A model generated the notes under the pieces. It did not search any database. It saw nothing but the letters and a program-made list of their open reading frames with translations, and was not told the origin of the DNA. Positions 52,801 through 62,504 of a stretch of DNA of 64,000 nt are shown here, in pieces. This DNA comes from Wickerhamiella versatilis (lineage: Eukaryota): NCBI GenBank assembly GCA_030867685.1, contig JAQOWU010000007.1:1302001-1366000 (forward strand). The letters run 5' to 3'. The position numbers and the translations under genes were made by a program. Every line of letters begins with the position of its first letter. The first letter of the stretch is position 1.

Positions 52801-53147
52801 TTACCACCACGCAACAATTCAAGTCTACGGCAGTTAGTGCAGATCGCTGGATGCCAATGAGGGAATGCAGCATCCCCAATTTGCCTGCATATCTAACTGA
52901 AATGAAGCGGAATGGGTTCACTTTGGTTGGACTTGAGCAAACAGATTCTAGCCGTGTTCTCAGCTCTTCTCTAAAATTCCCAAAGAAAACTGTTCTGTTG
53001 ATCGGTCGTGAACGTGAGGGAATAGATGGGGATCTTCTAGCATTGCTTGATTGGTGTGTGGAGATCGAACAAAAAGGAGTAGTACGTTCCATGAACATTC
53101 AAACAGCCACAGCAGTGCTTGTACACTCCTACAACCAACAATCATAA
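49824..53147 (+). CDS. TRM3: tRNA (guanosine-18-2'-O)-methyltransferase
   Basis: Long helical N-terminus plus C-terminal SpoU domain (LVVVASL..PNLGGICRLCD, GLEQT, GREREGI, RSMNIQTA). Confidence 0.92.
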   Translation: MDLLVPFLAKSADIQELLGECRTLEDAKLLLAVYRAAPSNPLVKKHIEAVTYDLLRFKGHEETLSFLVENIDEVRAQTLSHGDTDTLTYVFLHKKASPDTEVLSRTWNLLTDEDTARSAATLLTFALPLSALKFNAWPYIKAAMDVDPNSALKAWLAWSKTDNDAWKDDEYWEILQQHIGRSSLTRENTKYALQIMRHTFKRLPASVHMKHFDWEVGSSDLWYRLLTLIEIVGVDASHNQTVDSASSIVAICGPTSPITASWILVLLEAGLTCNIDPVKQFLTELMMSFDASHLQYLKANPGFVANVLLPRTALASNFVVDDARNCAYIDLFSSFIQRVVRAFENEVPALLRAVCEENLERRLVWEAPRLLIWQVLAKYLGGIDFETAKLVVEAGCSASQNSRAAPLAMATQHACYTIVFNNFSMGSPEEYAVLIGIMGSNGLEWIDVDQVARWIPHKELPSMSPLYKAISDNYTHEGPELTVNIDDPVGEVQRMKRNRTREERKDAGLRVKRLFEQLDDCSDSLCLDAFSYEDARLAILQCLKRRNEPLSLELLQELWEYMKETGLRQIDRPAHHALIALLPLVNGSCEPLALEIISESFARRDILGPLVDALYPKEGEWVGRVMASAYMQMHLEHPAFLIDSILAEKLGTYERFWGKPESYAKARAISWFDRSSPPALGLWLFKSSKFKLLKPGKSHDGDEERIRCLAYQLILILQKHGSLGPEVLPQLDVAIEIETSPMVRVYIEWLYSRLLASNTEYIGRVTGKLSKQLAPRLVSSFGRISVLVAMATDEPGLLEGIVSNLLPLATNNRAQIRHFAQGCLYAMSHIPCLLRQLNEPWRSLVVDTGEITGMMESYKDFKPGDELFWDISDTRLGPICGGIVSKVMDNRTPHDYLTVSDLVRFLGGTKEDYGEGWQPVPNESMALWQHLTAIKGDNEPLHQIQTKAAAEYMKRSDLVVVASLCDLVPNLGGICRLCDALGVGELVLNSLAVTTTQQFKSTAVSADRWMPMRECSIPNLPAYLTEMKRNGFTLVGLEQTDSSRVLSSSLKFPKKTVLLIGREREGIDGDLLALLDWCVEIEQKGVVRSMNIQTATAVLVHSYNQQS

Positions 53148-53232
53148 TAAAATTTGTCCATATTGTAAGATAATAACGTGCCGAGTGATATTTTGAGTTA
53201 GTTAGGCTATGCATAGTATAGACAGAATTATA

Positions 53233-54033
53233 TTATTCGACGAAATGTTCGATAATTGAGGGTGCAGCGGCCTCGATTAAGTCATAGGCAGTAAAAACTA
53301 AACGCTGGTCAAAAGGCCCCGAATAGGACCCTGTTCCTATGTCAATTGTTCGCAAAGGGGCCGCTATATGCCCATCTTTCCAGGTTATGCATATGGCTGC
53401 CTCCGCGACGGTTTCTTCAGCATCAGTGGGATCTACCAAGGCTGTTGGGCCTACTAGGGCCACTACAAATAAAACAGGAGGCGTCCATCCATCACAGAGC
53501 GGCACCGAAAGCGACCAGTCATCGTTGAATTGAGGAATTTCATCTACAGGCGTATCTTCTGAAGATTCGATTTTCAAGGGAAGGCGGGTCGCTTTAAGGG
53601 CCTGAAAAACTCCTGCAGAGACGAGACCCAATGGATATGAAGTATAAGATAAAATGACACAATCCACGTACAATTTGAATGCATACGTGGGTGTAATATA
53701 CAAGGCATTTTGTAGTTGAGGGCAGGCATAAAGCGCCTGACTGAGAGAAACTCCCAGGCTTTGAGGCAAAGAATCTGTGTCCTTCTGACCTGGAACCTCC
53801 ACAGAAACTTCAACTAGGTCATTGTGGCTAGCTGTTACTTTTGCCTTGACACCCACGATGCATTCCGCACCATCGGCAGTTTTGACAGAAGCACTGCCGT
53901 TGGTCATCGGTAAAATATCAACATCCGTTTCAAGGGGACGGAACTGTCCTACTCTACGACTGTCCAGTCGTACAGGCGTACTATTTGCCAGTGATTGACG
54001 AAGGTACTCCTGCTCGGTGACCGAACAGAGCAT
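53233..54033 (-). CDS. RRP42: Exosome core subunit Rrp42 (RNase PH fold)
   Basis: EYLRQSL...RLDSRR..QFRP, NGSAS, VGVKAKV, FKLYVDCVIL, ALKATRLP. Confidence 0.88.
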   Translation of the reverse strand: MLCSVTEQEYLRQSLANSTPVRLDSRRVGQFRPLETDVDILPMTNGSASVKTADGAECIVGVKAKVTASHNDLVEVSVEVPGQKDTDSLPQSLGVSLSQALYACPQLQNALYITPTYAFKLYVDCVILSYTSYPLGLVSAGVFQALKATRLPLKIESSEDTPVDEIPQFNDDWSLSVPLCDGWTPPVLFVVALVGPTALVDPTDAEETVAEAAICITWKDGHIAAPLRTIDIGTGSYSGPFDQRLVFTAYDLIEAAAPSIIEHFVE

Positions 54034-54075
54034 ATGACTAACTAGTAAGTGGTATAGGATGGTTATTGAAAAAAC

Positions 54076-54534
54076 ATGTCTATTCTCGACCAGTTAAGTG
54101 ATTCATTTTCGAAATTTATGACTGTGGATGAAAACGATGAGCCCGTGATATCTTATGAAAACCTTCCAAGGGCATTAGAGGAGGCCGGGTTGCCACATGA
54201 GCTAGGTGCCAAGCTAAAATCTCGCATGGACCCCGAAAACTCAGGCTATATTACCTTCGAGAATTTCGTGTCTGTGGCCGTGGATGTATCGCAAAAGGAA
54301 CCGCCTTCCTATGTTTTCAAGCTCCTAGCAAATCCCCAAACTCACCGCCTATCTCAGGATAGCATTCTAAAGACCGCGGAACGACTTAAAATACCCATCA
54401 CCGCTCAAGATGCAGTAAAACTTCTTGAAATGAGTGGTACAACCCCCAAATCGTTTGCTGCTTTGCAACGGCGTTTAGATAATGTGTTTGGACCGGAAGT
54501 AGGCGCGGAGGTAGGTGATCTGCCAGACACCTAG
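54076..54534 (+). CDS. Small EF-hand (centrin/calmodulin-like) protein
   Basis: EF loop MDPENSGYITFENF, flanked by degenerate EF-hand helices. Confidence 0.65.
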   Translation: MSILDQLSDSFSKFMTVDENDEPVISYENLPRALEEAGLPHELGAKLKSRMDPENSGYITFENFVSVAVDVSQKEPPSYVFKLLANPQTHRLSQDSILKTAERLKIPITAQDAVKLLEMSGTTPKSFAALQRRLDNVFGPEVGAEVGDLPDT

Positions 54535-55095
54535 AGCGATAAAACTTAGGAAAATAATGAAGAAAAACTTTTTGACACGACTATTTGTGCTCTCGTTAGT
54601 ATTTCTCAGTCTCTCCTCGCGAGCTTTAAGGTATTCAAGACTATCCTTGATCTCCTCAGCTGTTTCCGAAATCCTACGAAGTTCTACCTCCGCAGGGGCT
54701 AGTCTCTCAGCTGCCCGAACAGCGCTCCAATCACGCGCTGCAGCACCAATCTCTACCTCAATGTCCACATCACGGTAAAGGCGCTGCGGGATGTGTCGTG
54801 CAGTGGAAATACGCTTGTTCTCGAAACATATGTCAAAGCTCGTGTCTGGAACTGGTGAAAAAGTAAAAACGGCCTGACCGAGCAAGGATTGACGATAAGC
54901 AAGAGTACTGCCCCGAGCGTCGATAATATTCATGGATAGCTCCTGTCCATCCCCTTGTATTCCATATGTATGTGTCTTTACAATCACCAACGACTCCTGA
55001 CCAACAAAATCCCGAATGCAGCGTTTGCTATCAGCATCAACGCTAAACTTGAGTGCCTGCACAACTGTTGCGAGCAGAAGCCACAAGAAATTCAT
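54475..55095 (-). CDS. ERV25: p24 delta family cargo receptor
   Basis: Signal peptide, GOLD domain, REERLRNTNESTNSRV, TM, YLRAYFRSKHII. Confidence 0.95.
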   Translation of the reverse strand: MNFLWLLLATVVQALKFSVDADSKRCIRDFVGQESLVIVKTHTYGIQGDGQELSMNIIDARGSTLAYRQSLLGQAVFTFSPVPDTSFDICFENKRISTARHIPQRLYRDVDIEVEIGAAARDWSAVRAAERLAPAEVELRRISETAEEIKDSLEYLKAREERLRNTNESTNSRVKKFFFIIFLSFIALGVWQITYLRAYFRSKHII

Positions 55096-55448
55096 TTAGA
55101 TGAAGTGGCCTGTCTTATGTCAGAAACGCGCTATAAAGGGTGGGCGCGTGCCGACATCAGGATCAAGCTGAAGAGTAAGAATGCAAAAACATAAGATATA
55201 ACTGGTGCTTCTAATATATAGTAACGATCTTTTTCCAGACTCAAACTTCATGCTGATAACGCCGTAACCAAAATATTCGTAACTAGAGTTAAAGCACTAA
55301 AAGGAGAATATTTCTCGATCTACACATATTGTGGCGGATTTTTATCATTCGGAATGAAGGCTTTGAAAGGGGAGAATGTTTCAGGTTTCCTATTAACCAT
55401 TTCCATCTCGACAACCATCTGACTAATAAATATATATCGTGACTGGTC

Positions 55449-58421
55449 ATGAGTGAAGAGGTTAAGGATGAGTTGCCGGTGGAGGGTAAGCCGGCAGCAA
55501 CTCCTGGACCTATAGAGTCAAAACCAGAGGAGAGTGGTGGCCAGGCATCTCCTCGCGAATCGGATGCACCTGAACCTCAGGGGAGTGAGTCAACGACTGA
55601 TCCTTCAGGAAGTGCGCCACAGGAAGATGAGGCAACAAATGGATCAGGTGGGGTAAAAGCGAATCAGGATAGTAATGATAATGATCAAGACGATCAAGGA
55701 GAAGAAGACGAAGAGGACGATGGCGAGGATGGCGAGGATGGTGAGGACGATGACGACGAGAGTGGTGAAGAAGAAGAAGATGATGATGAGGAGAACGAAG
55801 ACTCCAACCAGCCCTCAAAACGCCGTCGATTGAGGCGAAACCAGTTTTTGGATGTGGAAGCCGAGGTAGATGAAGATGAAGCCGAGGAAGAAGAAGAGGA
55901 GGGCTTCGGCAAGGATGATGGCTTCATCCAGGAGGAGCCTGAACCTGAAGAAGGAGCTGAAGCTGCCGCCCATGAGCGTATTTACCGTCGTGTTGATAGG
56001 CATGATGATATTGCTGAGGGTGATGCTGAGGAGCTGGCTGAAAGATATAGGGAGAAGTATGGCCGTATTTCTGCATCGAAGTATCATCAAGATGGTTATG
56101 TACCTCAGCAGCTTCTCCTCCCATCAGTCAATGACCCGGCCATTTTTGGTATCGGCGCTCGTCTAGGTCGAGAAAAGGAGATTGTGCGTGCTGTTTTGCG
56201 CAAGAGTCTTAGTCTCCAGTACACGGCGTCGCCCCTCAATATATACTCCGTGTTTCAGCGTGATGCATTCCCTGGAAGAATATATATCGAAGCACCGAGC
56301 CAGGCGGCAGCGATTCATGCCTGTAGTGGTGTACCAAACGTCTATACTACGTCGCGGATTGTTAAAGTACCAATCAAGGAGTATCCAGATATGTTCAGGG
56401 TTCATAAAACACAAGATGTTGAACTCACCCCTGGAACATATGTGCGAGTCAAGCGTGGAAAATATGCTGGTGACTTGGCTGTTGTCGAGAATTTGAGTGA
56501 AAACGGTTTAGAGGTCAAGCTACGTCTAGTACCTCGACTAAACTATGGGCGTGTTGTAGTAGATACTGCAGAAAAAAGAAAGCGATCCGAGCGTCCTCCA
56601 CCCCGGCTTTTCAATGCGCAGGACGCAACGCAGAGCGGTGGTTCGCTCCAGAAGCACGGACCAACTTCATATGTCTTCGAGGGCGAAGATTACGACAATG
56701 GATTTTTGCTCAAAGATTTTCGACTGGCGTATATTCAACTTGATAACGTGAACCCGACTTTGGGTGAGATCACGGCGTTGAAAGGCTCGGCTGATGAAGG
56801 TCTTGATCTTCAGGCCTTGCAAGACTCTCTGCGGCATACTCAGCCGGCCCAGTTCAAGGCTGGCGAGGCCGTGGAGGTCACTCAGGGAGAGCAGACAGGA
56901 TTACAAGGTAAAGTGGTTGGCACATCTGATGATATTGTTCAGGTTGAGGGTGATGACATTAAAGTCAGTGTACCAGCGAGTCACCTCCGCAAACACTTTG
57001 CAATTGGTGATCATGTTCGTGTTATGAGGGGATCATCGCGCGACGACACTGGTCTTGTTGTCTCAAGGGATAATGACTTCGTTACCTTTTTGAGCGACAC
57101 TAAAGGATCCGAGACCACTGTATTTGCTCGTGACTTACAAGTTGCAAGTGATACCGCGCAGACATCGAGTGTCGGTAAGTACAACATTCATGATCTTGTC
57201 CAGTTGAACGCACAGACGGTCGGGTGCATTGTGGGAATAGAGCGTGATCGTGTGAAGGTATTAGCTCAAGATGGACAGTTGGCGACAGTTACTCCTCAGG
57301 CAATTGTAATGAAAGTTGTTAATGGACGTCAACTGGCTACCGATGCCCATGGAAGACAGATTGAGATTGGTGACACGGTGCGTGAAATTGGCGGTGAGCG
57401 TAAACAAGGCGCCATCCTACATTTGTACCACCAATTTGTTTTCCTACATAATCGCGAATTGACGGAAAACTTAGGTGTTTTCGTGACTCGTGTCTCCCAG
57501 GTAGCAACAGTGGCAACGCGTGGAGCTCGGGCTGAGCGTGGCTTGGATTTGGCTCGTATAAACCCATCAGTAGCTGCAGCCAATGCCGCATCTCAGCAAT
57601 CAATGGGACCACCACCTCAACGTGCCACATTCAATACGAGGCGAATGCTCGGAGTCAAAGTTTCGATTGGACCTGGTTCTGGATACAAGGGACTAAAGGG
57701 TATTGTGCGAGACGTCAATGAAACAAGTGCACGTGTTGAACTCGAAGCCAAGAATAAAGTCGTTACAGTCAATGTTCAGAAGCTACTATTTTCTCAAAAT
57801 GGGAATATGGTCCCTTTCCGAGAGTTTGTTATGCCAGCACGTCGCGAATTCGGGTCTGCGACACCCCGTGTTCCTGCGACACCATCTATGTCGGGTGCTG
57901 GCAATGCTGGAGGAGGAGGAAAGACTCCTGCTTGGGCTGCCTCAGGGAAAACACCTGCTTGGAATGGTGGTGGCAAGACGCCTGCTTGGAACGCTGGAGG
58001 CGCCAAGACTCCTGCATGGGGTGCTGGAGCTACAACCCCGGCCTGGAACGCTGGTGGCAAGACGCCTGCTTGGAATGGTGGTGGTGGACAAACTCCAGCC
58101 TGGAATTCTGGAGGGAAGACGCCGGCCTGGAACGCTGGAGGAGGACAAACTCCAGCATGGAACGCTGGAGGCAAGACACCGGCCTGGAACGCTGGAGGCA
58201 GGACACCTGCATGGAACGCGGGCGGAAAGACACCAGCGTGGAGTTCTGGTGGCTCCGCTCAAACACCATCATGGTCTTCTAATGGCGGATTCTTTTCTGC
58301 ACAAACACCAGGTGTTGCACCGACTCCAGCTGCTTATGACAGTGCGCCGTCACCGGCACCTGCGAAGACGCCCGCAGCATGGGGAGATGACGCTCCAGCA
58401 TACGAACCTGAAAGTCCATAA
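55449..58421 (+). CDS. SPT5: Transcription elongation factor Spt5
   Basis: Acidic N-terminus, FLDVEAEVD, NGN domain LLLPSVNDP, KOW domains, C-terminal TPAW repeats. Confidence 0.97.
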   Translation: MSEEVKDELPVEGKPAATPGPIESKPEESGGQASPRESDAPEPQGSESTTDPSGSAPQEDEATNGSGGVKANQDSNDNDQDDQGEEDEEDDGEDGEDGEDDDDESGEEEEDDDEENEDSNQPSKRRRLRRNQFLDVEAEVDEDEAEEEEEEGFGKDDGFIQEEPEPEEGAEAAAHERIYRRVDRHDDIAEGDAEELAERYREKYGRISASKYHQDGYVPQQLLLPSVNDPAIFGIGARLGREKEIVRAVLRKSLSLQYTASPLNIYSVFQRDAFPGRIYIEAPSQAAAIHACSGVPNVYTTSRIVKVPIKEYPDMFRVHKTQDVELTPGTYVRVKRGKYAGDLAVVENLSENGLEVKLRLVPRLNYGRVVVDTAEKRKRSERPPPRLFNAQDATQSGGSLQKHGPTSYVFEGEDYDNGFLLKDFRLAYIQLDNVNPTLGEITALKGSADEGLDLQALQDSLRHTQPAQFKAGEAVEVTQGEQTGLQGKVVGTSDDIVQVEGDDIKVSVPASHLRKHFAIGDHVRVMRGSSRDDTGLVVSRDNDFVTFLSDTKGSETTVFARDLQVASDTAQTSSVGKYNIHDLVQLNAQTVGCIVGIERDRVKVLAQDGQLATVTPQAIVMKVVNGRQLATDAHGRQIEIGDTVREIGGERKQGAILHLYHQFVFLHNRELTENLGVFVTRVSQVATVATRGARAERGLDLARINPSVAAANAASQQSMGPPPQRATFNTRRMLGVKVSIGPGSGYKGLKGIVRDVNETSARVELEAKNKVVTVNVQKLLFSQNGNMVPFREFVMPARREFGSATPRVPATPSMSGAGNAGGGGKTPAWAASGKTPAWNGGGKTPAWNAGGAKTPAWGAGATTPAWNAGGKTPAWNGGGGQTPAWNSGGKTPAWNAGGGQTPAWNAGGKTPAWNAGGRTPAWNAGGKTPAWSSGGSAQTPSWSSNGGFFSAQTPGVAPTPAAYDSAPSPAPAKTPAAWGDDAPAYEPESP
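57918..58275 (+). repeat. Spt5 CTR coding repeat (GGKTPAWNA-like, 27-30 bp units)
   Basis: 12 TPAW plus one TPSW unit in tandem. Confidence 0.93.
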
Positions 58422-58501
58422 ATGTTATTGGTAGCTATCATGCTAAATGTCGGATGACTCTAGTATTAGTTCACGTTTATAATTTGCTTTAAAACGATAT
58501 G

Positions 58502-58530
58502 AAAAAACAAAAACAAAAACAAAAGCAAAA
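58502..58530. repeat. Short (AAAAAC)n microsatellite between SPT5 and MRPL39
   Basis: aaaaaacaaaaacaaaaacaaaagcaaaa. Confidence 0.6.
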
Positions 58531-58582
58531 ATGAAAATAAACCGTTTGCCTAAGATGCTTGCACATCCAATCTATATACAAG

Positions 58583-58819
58583 TTAATTAATTCGAGTACC
58601 ATTTTTGTCGTAAGTAGCGTTCCTAAAGTTTGGAGGATTGCGAGCTTCCACTTTACGCTTACGCCCCTCGACAAAAAGCACATGTCGCATCGCGATCGGA
58701 TCATAACGGGTTTGCGTCATCGCTGGGCAGTTACGTGGCCTGTGCACATACCGGGTGTAGCCTGTCTTCGCCACAGAAACTAGCTTGATCAGAGTCAAGC
58801 GGGAGCGGTTCTTGGCCAT
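58583..58819 (-). CDS. MRPL39: Mitochondrial ribosomal protein bL33m
   Basis: IKLVSVAKTGY...RYDPIAMRHVLFVE L33 motif. Confidence 0.88.
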   Translation of the reverse strand: MAKNRSRLTLIKLVSVAKTGYTRYVHRPRNCPAMTQTRYDPIAMRHVLFVEGRKRKVEARNPPNFRNATYDKNGTRIN

Positions 58820-58868
58820 ATATTACCTGACTAATCAAAGGACACTCGAGGCACCTAAGTTGAAATAT

Positions 58869-60617
58869 ATGGCTGCAGCATTTCTCGACTTACGATTTCC
58901 CACCTTGGCATCTGTAGAAAGTCGGTTGGAGGTTGAAGGGGAACGTATAGCTTCTGAACGATCTCAATTGGAGGCTGAGGAAAAGCAACAGGAAAAACAG
59001 CGCGAGGCTGAGGCAGAAGTTGCGACAGAAGAGGTCAGAAAATTAGTTCGTGTGTGCATAGACAGCCATGGTGAGGGGTCTGAAGAGGTTCTCCAACGTT
59101 TACCTGCAAAAATAAACCACAGGGCTCGTGCTAAGCTGTCGGAGGTGCTTAAATTACGAGACTTGTGGGAATCCACCAAACTTTACGAAGATGTTCAGAA
59201 TTTATTGCAGCATTTAGAAGGGTTGTCAATAGAAAAACAGGCGATTGAGTATCCCAATGTCGATAAACTCCGTATTGCTCTGGCAAAGGACTGGCTTTCC
59301 CAAAAAGGGGCTGATCTCGCTATGCAAGCTACAGATAAAATCTCTCAGTTCTGGATGACGCTATGCTCAGAGCTCAGAAAAGCATTAGAATCATCACTGG
59401 GTGACTGGCCGAAAGTAAAGCCAACAGAAGAATTTTGGCATCTGGCCGAAGTTGCCGAAAATGTGGACACTTTAGTGGTCTATGACATACTAGCACAGCC
59501 TTTGGTCAAGCGAATCAAATTTCACTTTGGTAATCCCCGTCGCGATACACATCGTCCTGACAAGCCTCAGTGGATGCTAGATTTTGTCCTGAGAAAACAG
59601 CTGGAACCTGCTCGCGAAATGGGCGTTAATCCAACAAACTTGTGGGAAGCACTTTGCCCATATGTAGTGGATTCTCTATGCGAAAACTATCCAGATGCCC
59701 CGCTAAATGTCCATGAGTCCGAGGTCTTCGATACTGCAGCTACGGAACTAGGCATTAAGACAAATCTTACTGCAGCATACGTACCGAAGATTGAGGATGA
59801 ATTTTTGAGAATCGAATCAATACGGATCCTTGATTCACTTAATGGTGTTTTGGATGATTCAAGCGCAGACGATGTGGATTTCGATTGGAGTGGACCGACA
59901 AAACCAACATTCGGAGCTCACAATGCTATGCGGATCTGGAAGGACGCTCTCGGGTTAGTGCGCGGCCTTCCGTCGAGTACACAACATCTTGCGACGGAGT
60001 ACTGGTTGAGGCCATTGCTTGATAAATTATACTCCCGCTATGTAACAGCGTCAGAGACCTCCGATATCGAGAAACTTGTATCTACGCTGGGCTCTGTTTC
60101 ATATGTTGAGACAGTGCTCCGCACCTATGGAGCCGTCGAGGTGCTCATTCCAGAATCATTTGAGGATATTGCCGAGAAGTTTTCCCTGTTCCGGGATGAA
60201 GTTGCACACCAAGTTGCCCGTGTCTTGCGACGCGAACTACAGAGTCAGTTGAGAATTTATTTTACGGTCGATTGGTCCGGAAATGAGGTATACACGCCAC
60301 TTGGTGCATCATTGGATCATATAGGGAGTGCAGTGGACAGAGTATCGCGTGTGACAGGCCCCGCTGACTTTTTATCTGTCATAATACCATTCTCCTCGGC
60401 TGTTTCTGACATATGGTGGCGCTCTGTTATCCAAGCGAATGTTTTTTCCGTTGCGGGAGGGCTGCGTTTACTTGAAGATATTGATGCAATGTGGACCCGT
60501 TTTCGCCTTGCGCCGGCGCAAGGCAAGCGTATACGCTCTGCGGCATCATATTTAGCTGGCGAGTCTGCTGATCTCTCTGAGGAGGACTTGTCGAGTCTTC
60601 GTCGAAGACGTATTTAA
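58869..60617 (+). CDS. TIP20: RINT-1/Tip20 family tethering subunit
   Basis: RIKFHFGNPRRDTHRPDKPQW and FSVAGGLRLLEDI match RINT1/TIP20 patterns; first ATG at 58869. Confidence 0.72.
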   Translation: MAAAFLDLRFPTLASVESRLEVEGERIASERSQLEAEEKQQEKQREAEAEVATEEVRKLVRVCIDSHGEGSEEVLQRLPAKINHRARAKLSEVLKLRDLWESTKLYEDVQNLLQHLEGLSIEKQAIEYPNVDKLRIALAKDWLSQKGADLAMQATDKISQFWMTLCSELRKALESSLGDWPKVKPTEEFWHLAEVAENVDTLVVYDILAQPLVKRIKFHFGNPRRDTHRPDKPQWMLDFVLRKQLEPAREMGVNPTNLWEALCPYVVDSLCENYPDAPLNVHESEVFDTAATELGIKTNLTAAYVPKIEDEFLRIESIRILDSLNGVLDDSSADDVDFDWSGPTKPTFGAHNAMRIWKDALGLVRGLPSSTQHLATEYWLRPLLDKLYSRYVTASETSDIEKLVSTLGSVSYVETVLRTYGAVEVLIPESFEDIAEKFSLFRDEVAHQVARVLRRELQSQLRIYFTVDWSGNEVYTPLGASLDHIGSAVDRVSRVTGPADFLSVIIPFSSAVSDIWWRSVIQANVFSVAGGLRLLEDIDAMWTRFRLAPAQGKRIRSAASYLAGESADLSEEDLSSLRRRRI

Positions 60618-60719
60618 AAATTCAGCGTAAACTATGTGGCTTAAGATATAGTATCGCTATGAGACCAACCAGGACAACTACCTAGTGGTTAATTAAGCGT
60701 TTTTAATTCTAATCAATTT

Positions 60720-62504
60720 TCATCTCGGAAGCATTATGTCGTGTGTGGCTTGGCTCGTAGTAGTGGTATTAGTATTGATACTCGGCTCGCTGTCTGTGGA
60801 TGTACCCCACCTTCTCTCGCATGATATTTCCGTGTAAGGAGACAGGGGTTCTGTACTTGATGGCGTTGAGAAATGTTCTTCAACGAGATGCCTTATAACT
60901 GGCCAGCCATATGCATTACTGAATCGTCTTCTAACAACTATATTGTTGTGAGCTTCAGGTAACAGCTGAACCAAAACCTTTCGCCAACTCATGTCGTGAT
61001 GATAGGCACGGGCGATCCTCTCTTCTATATGAGCGCTCTCAACTTTTTCTTTTTGAAAAGACGGCAATACAAAACGCTCTTTGAAACGGCGGTCTGGTAG
61101 GTCCGATTCCTTATAAATTCTATCATGGAATATCACGTCTGAGCGTTCTGAAGGGTCTGCGACGAACCGCTGATCAGGATGTGGTGGGCGCCAAAGCAGC
61201 AATCCACTCTCGATTAGTGAAGTCTTCCGTGGAAGTGGCATTTCATCCAGTTCAGCAGTGTCATTTGTCCGCGTTTGAGATCGCCGAATCATGCTGTGTG
61301 ACACAGTGCGTTCGAAATTAGGGAGCCATTGGGTCTGAGGCCTTCCAGCAACAATCTCAGCACGTCCAATTGCTTGCCAGTCAAGAAATAGGATTGAAGA
61401 TGTCCTTAGAGGGACAATACCATCATTGACAGAGTTCGCGTAGACTGTACGTTTTTGAAATCTCCTTAAAACCGTGTGCACTTGATTGTTCTTGGGTAAC
61501 CGTTCCAGCAAAGGATCCTTGTTAGGACTCCAGCTTAAACCCAAATCGCGACCCGTTTTTCCTACCACGCCAAAATCAAGAGCAAATCGGACATATCCTG
61601 GATTTTCATGAGAGATTCCTAAGAACGGCGACGCAAGTGTTATAAATGATCCGAGTTCTATCTTTGAAAAAAATCCTGGTTGTAAGGTCTCAACATAACC
61701 AAGCGCATATGTTTGGATGAGCCCGCCAAGACTATGAGCCACAAAGCTCAGCTTTGCAGGACGATATGCAGGGTAAAGCTCATCAACAATCCAGCGAGCG
61801 ACGCGCCTCCCAAGCCATTTCACGCCTTTTCCGGTATGACACGCATTGCCAGTATAGCCACGACATATTAAATTCTCACCCGATTTTTCTGCTCCTGCAT
61901 CAATACATTCCTTGAGATAATGCATATCAGCTGTTACATTCGACATCAGACCGTGTGTTAAAATTACAATATGCAAAGGTTCATCTTTGCGCGGACGTGG
62001 AATCTGCCACAGAACATCTGTGTCTTGTAGATTAACCTTAAACTCCAAAGCTCTACTATCTGCAGATAACATTCCTGCATGCTTTGTACTCTTGCGTGAT
62101 GTACCTATGACAATCTGGTATTCTGCTGAAGCACTTTCGTTGAATAATGCTTCGGAGATAATGTCGATTAACCAGACGTGTTGATGGTTTCCCGAGATGG
62201 GTAACTGAATACACCAGTGACTCGCTGCATGAAGATGATTTTCATATCGAGGCTGTTCTGATTCATCCACTACTTTATTTGCTTCTTGGTAAGACAGAGG
62301 TCTCATGTCAACATAGAGAGAAAATGGGCCCTGAAGATACGCGGCGCGCAGCGGGAGTGTTTCAAGGTTCTTGACCCGAAGCCACAAGCATGGGCGGGCA
62401 CATTCGGGAATTGGGGTATAGCTGACCGTATATCGGCACAATTGGCCTAATTTAAGACGGGACTGGGACTGGAAAAGAACGATCCCAGGATCCTCATCGT
62501 CCAT
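60720..62504 (-). CDS. DUF676 serine hydrolase/lipase (Rog1/Ydl109c-like)
   Basis: LRAAYLQGPFSLYVD, ILTHGLMSN, SFVAHSLGG nucleophile elbow, YANSVNDGIVPLRTS, AHNNIVVRR. Confidence 0.88.
   Translation of the reverse strand: MDDEDPGIVLFQSQSRLKLGQLCRYTVSYTPIPECARPCLWLRVKNLETLPLRAAYLQGPFSLYVDMRPLSYQEANKVVDESEQPRYENHLHAASHWCIQLPISGNHQHVWLIDIISEALFNESASAEYQIVIGTSRKSTKHAGMLSADSRALEFKVNLQDTDVLWQIPRPRKDEPLHIVILTHGLMSNVTADMHYLKECIDAGAEKSGENLICRGYTGNACHTGKGVKWLGRRVARWIVDELYPAYRPAKLSFVAHSLGGLIQTYALGYVETLQPGFFSKIELGSFITLASPFLGISHENPGYVRFALDFGVVGKTGRDLGLSWSPNKDPLLERLPKNNQVHTVLRRFQKRTVYANSVNDGIVPLRTSSILFLDWQAIGRAEIVAGRPQTQWLPNFERTVSHSMIRRSQTRTNDTAELDEMPLPRKTSLIESGLLLWRPPHPDQRFVADPSERSDVIFHDRIYKESDLPDRRFKERFVLPSFQKEKVESAHIEERIARAYHHDMSWRKVLVQLLPEAHNNIVVRRRFSNAYGWPVIRHLVEEHFSTPSSTEPLSPYTEISCERRWGTSTDSEPSINTNTTTTSQATHDIMLPR

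Noticed and set aside
57703-58434. 243-aa alternative-frame ORF and antisense ORFs over the SPT5 CTR
   Set aside because: Explained by repeat periodicity; non-ATG start and no independent coding signature
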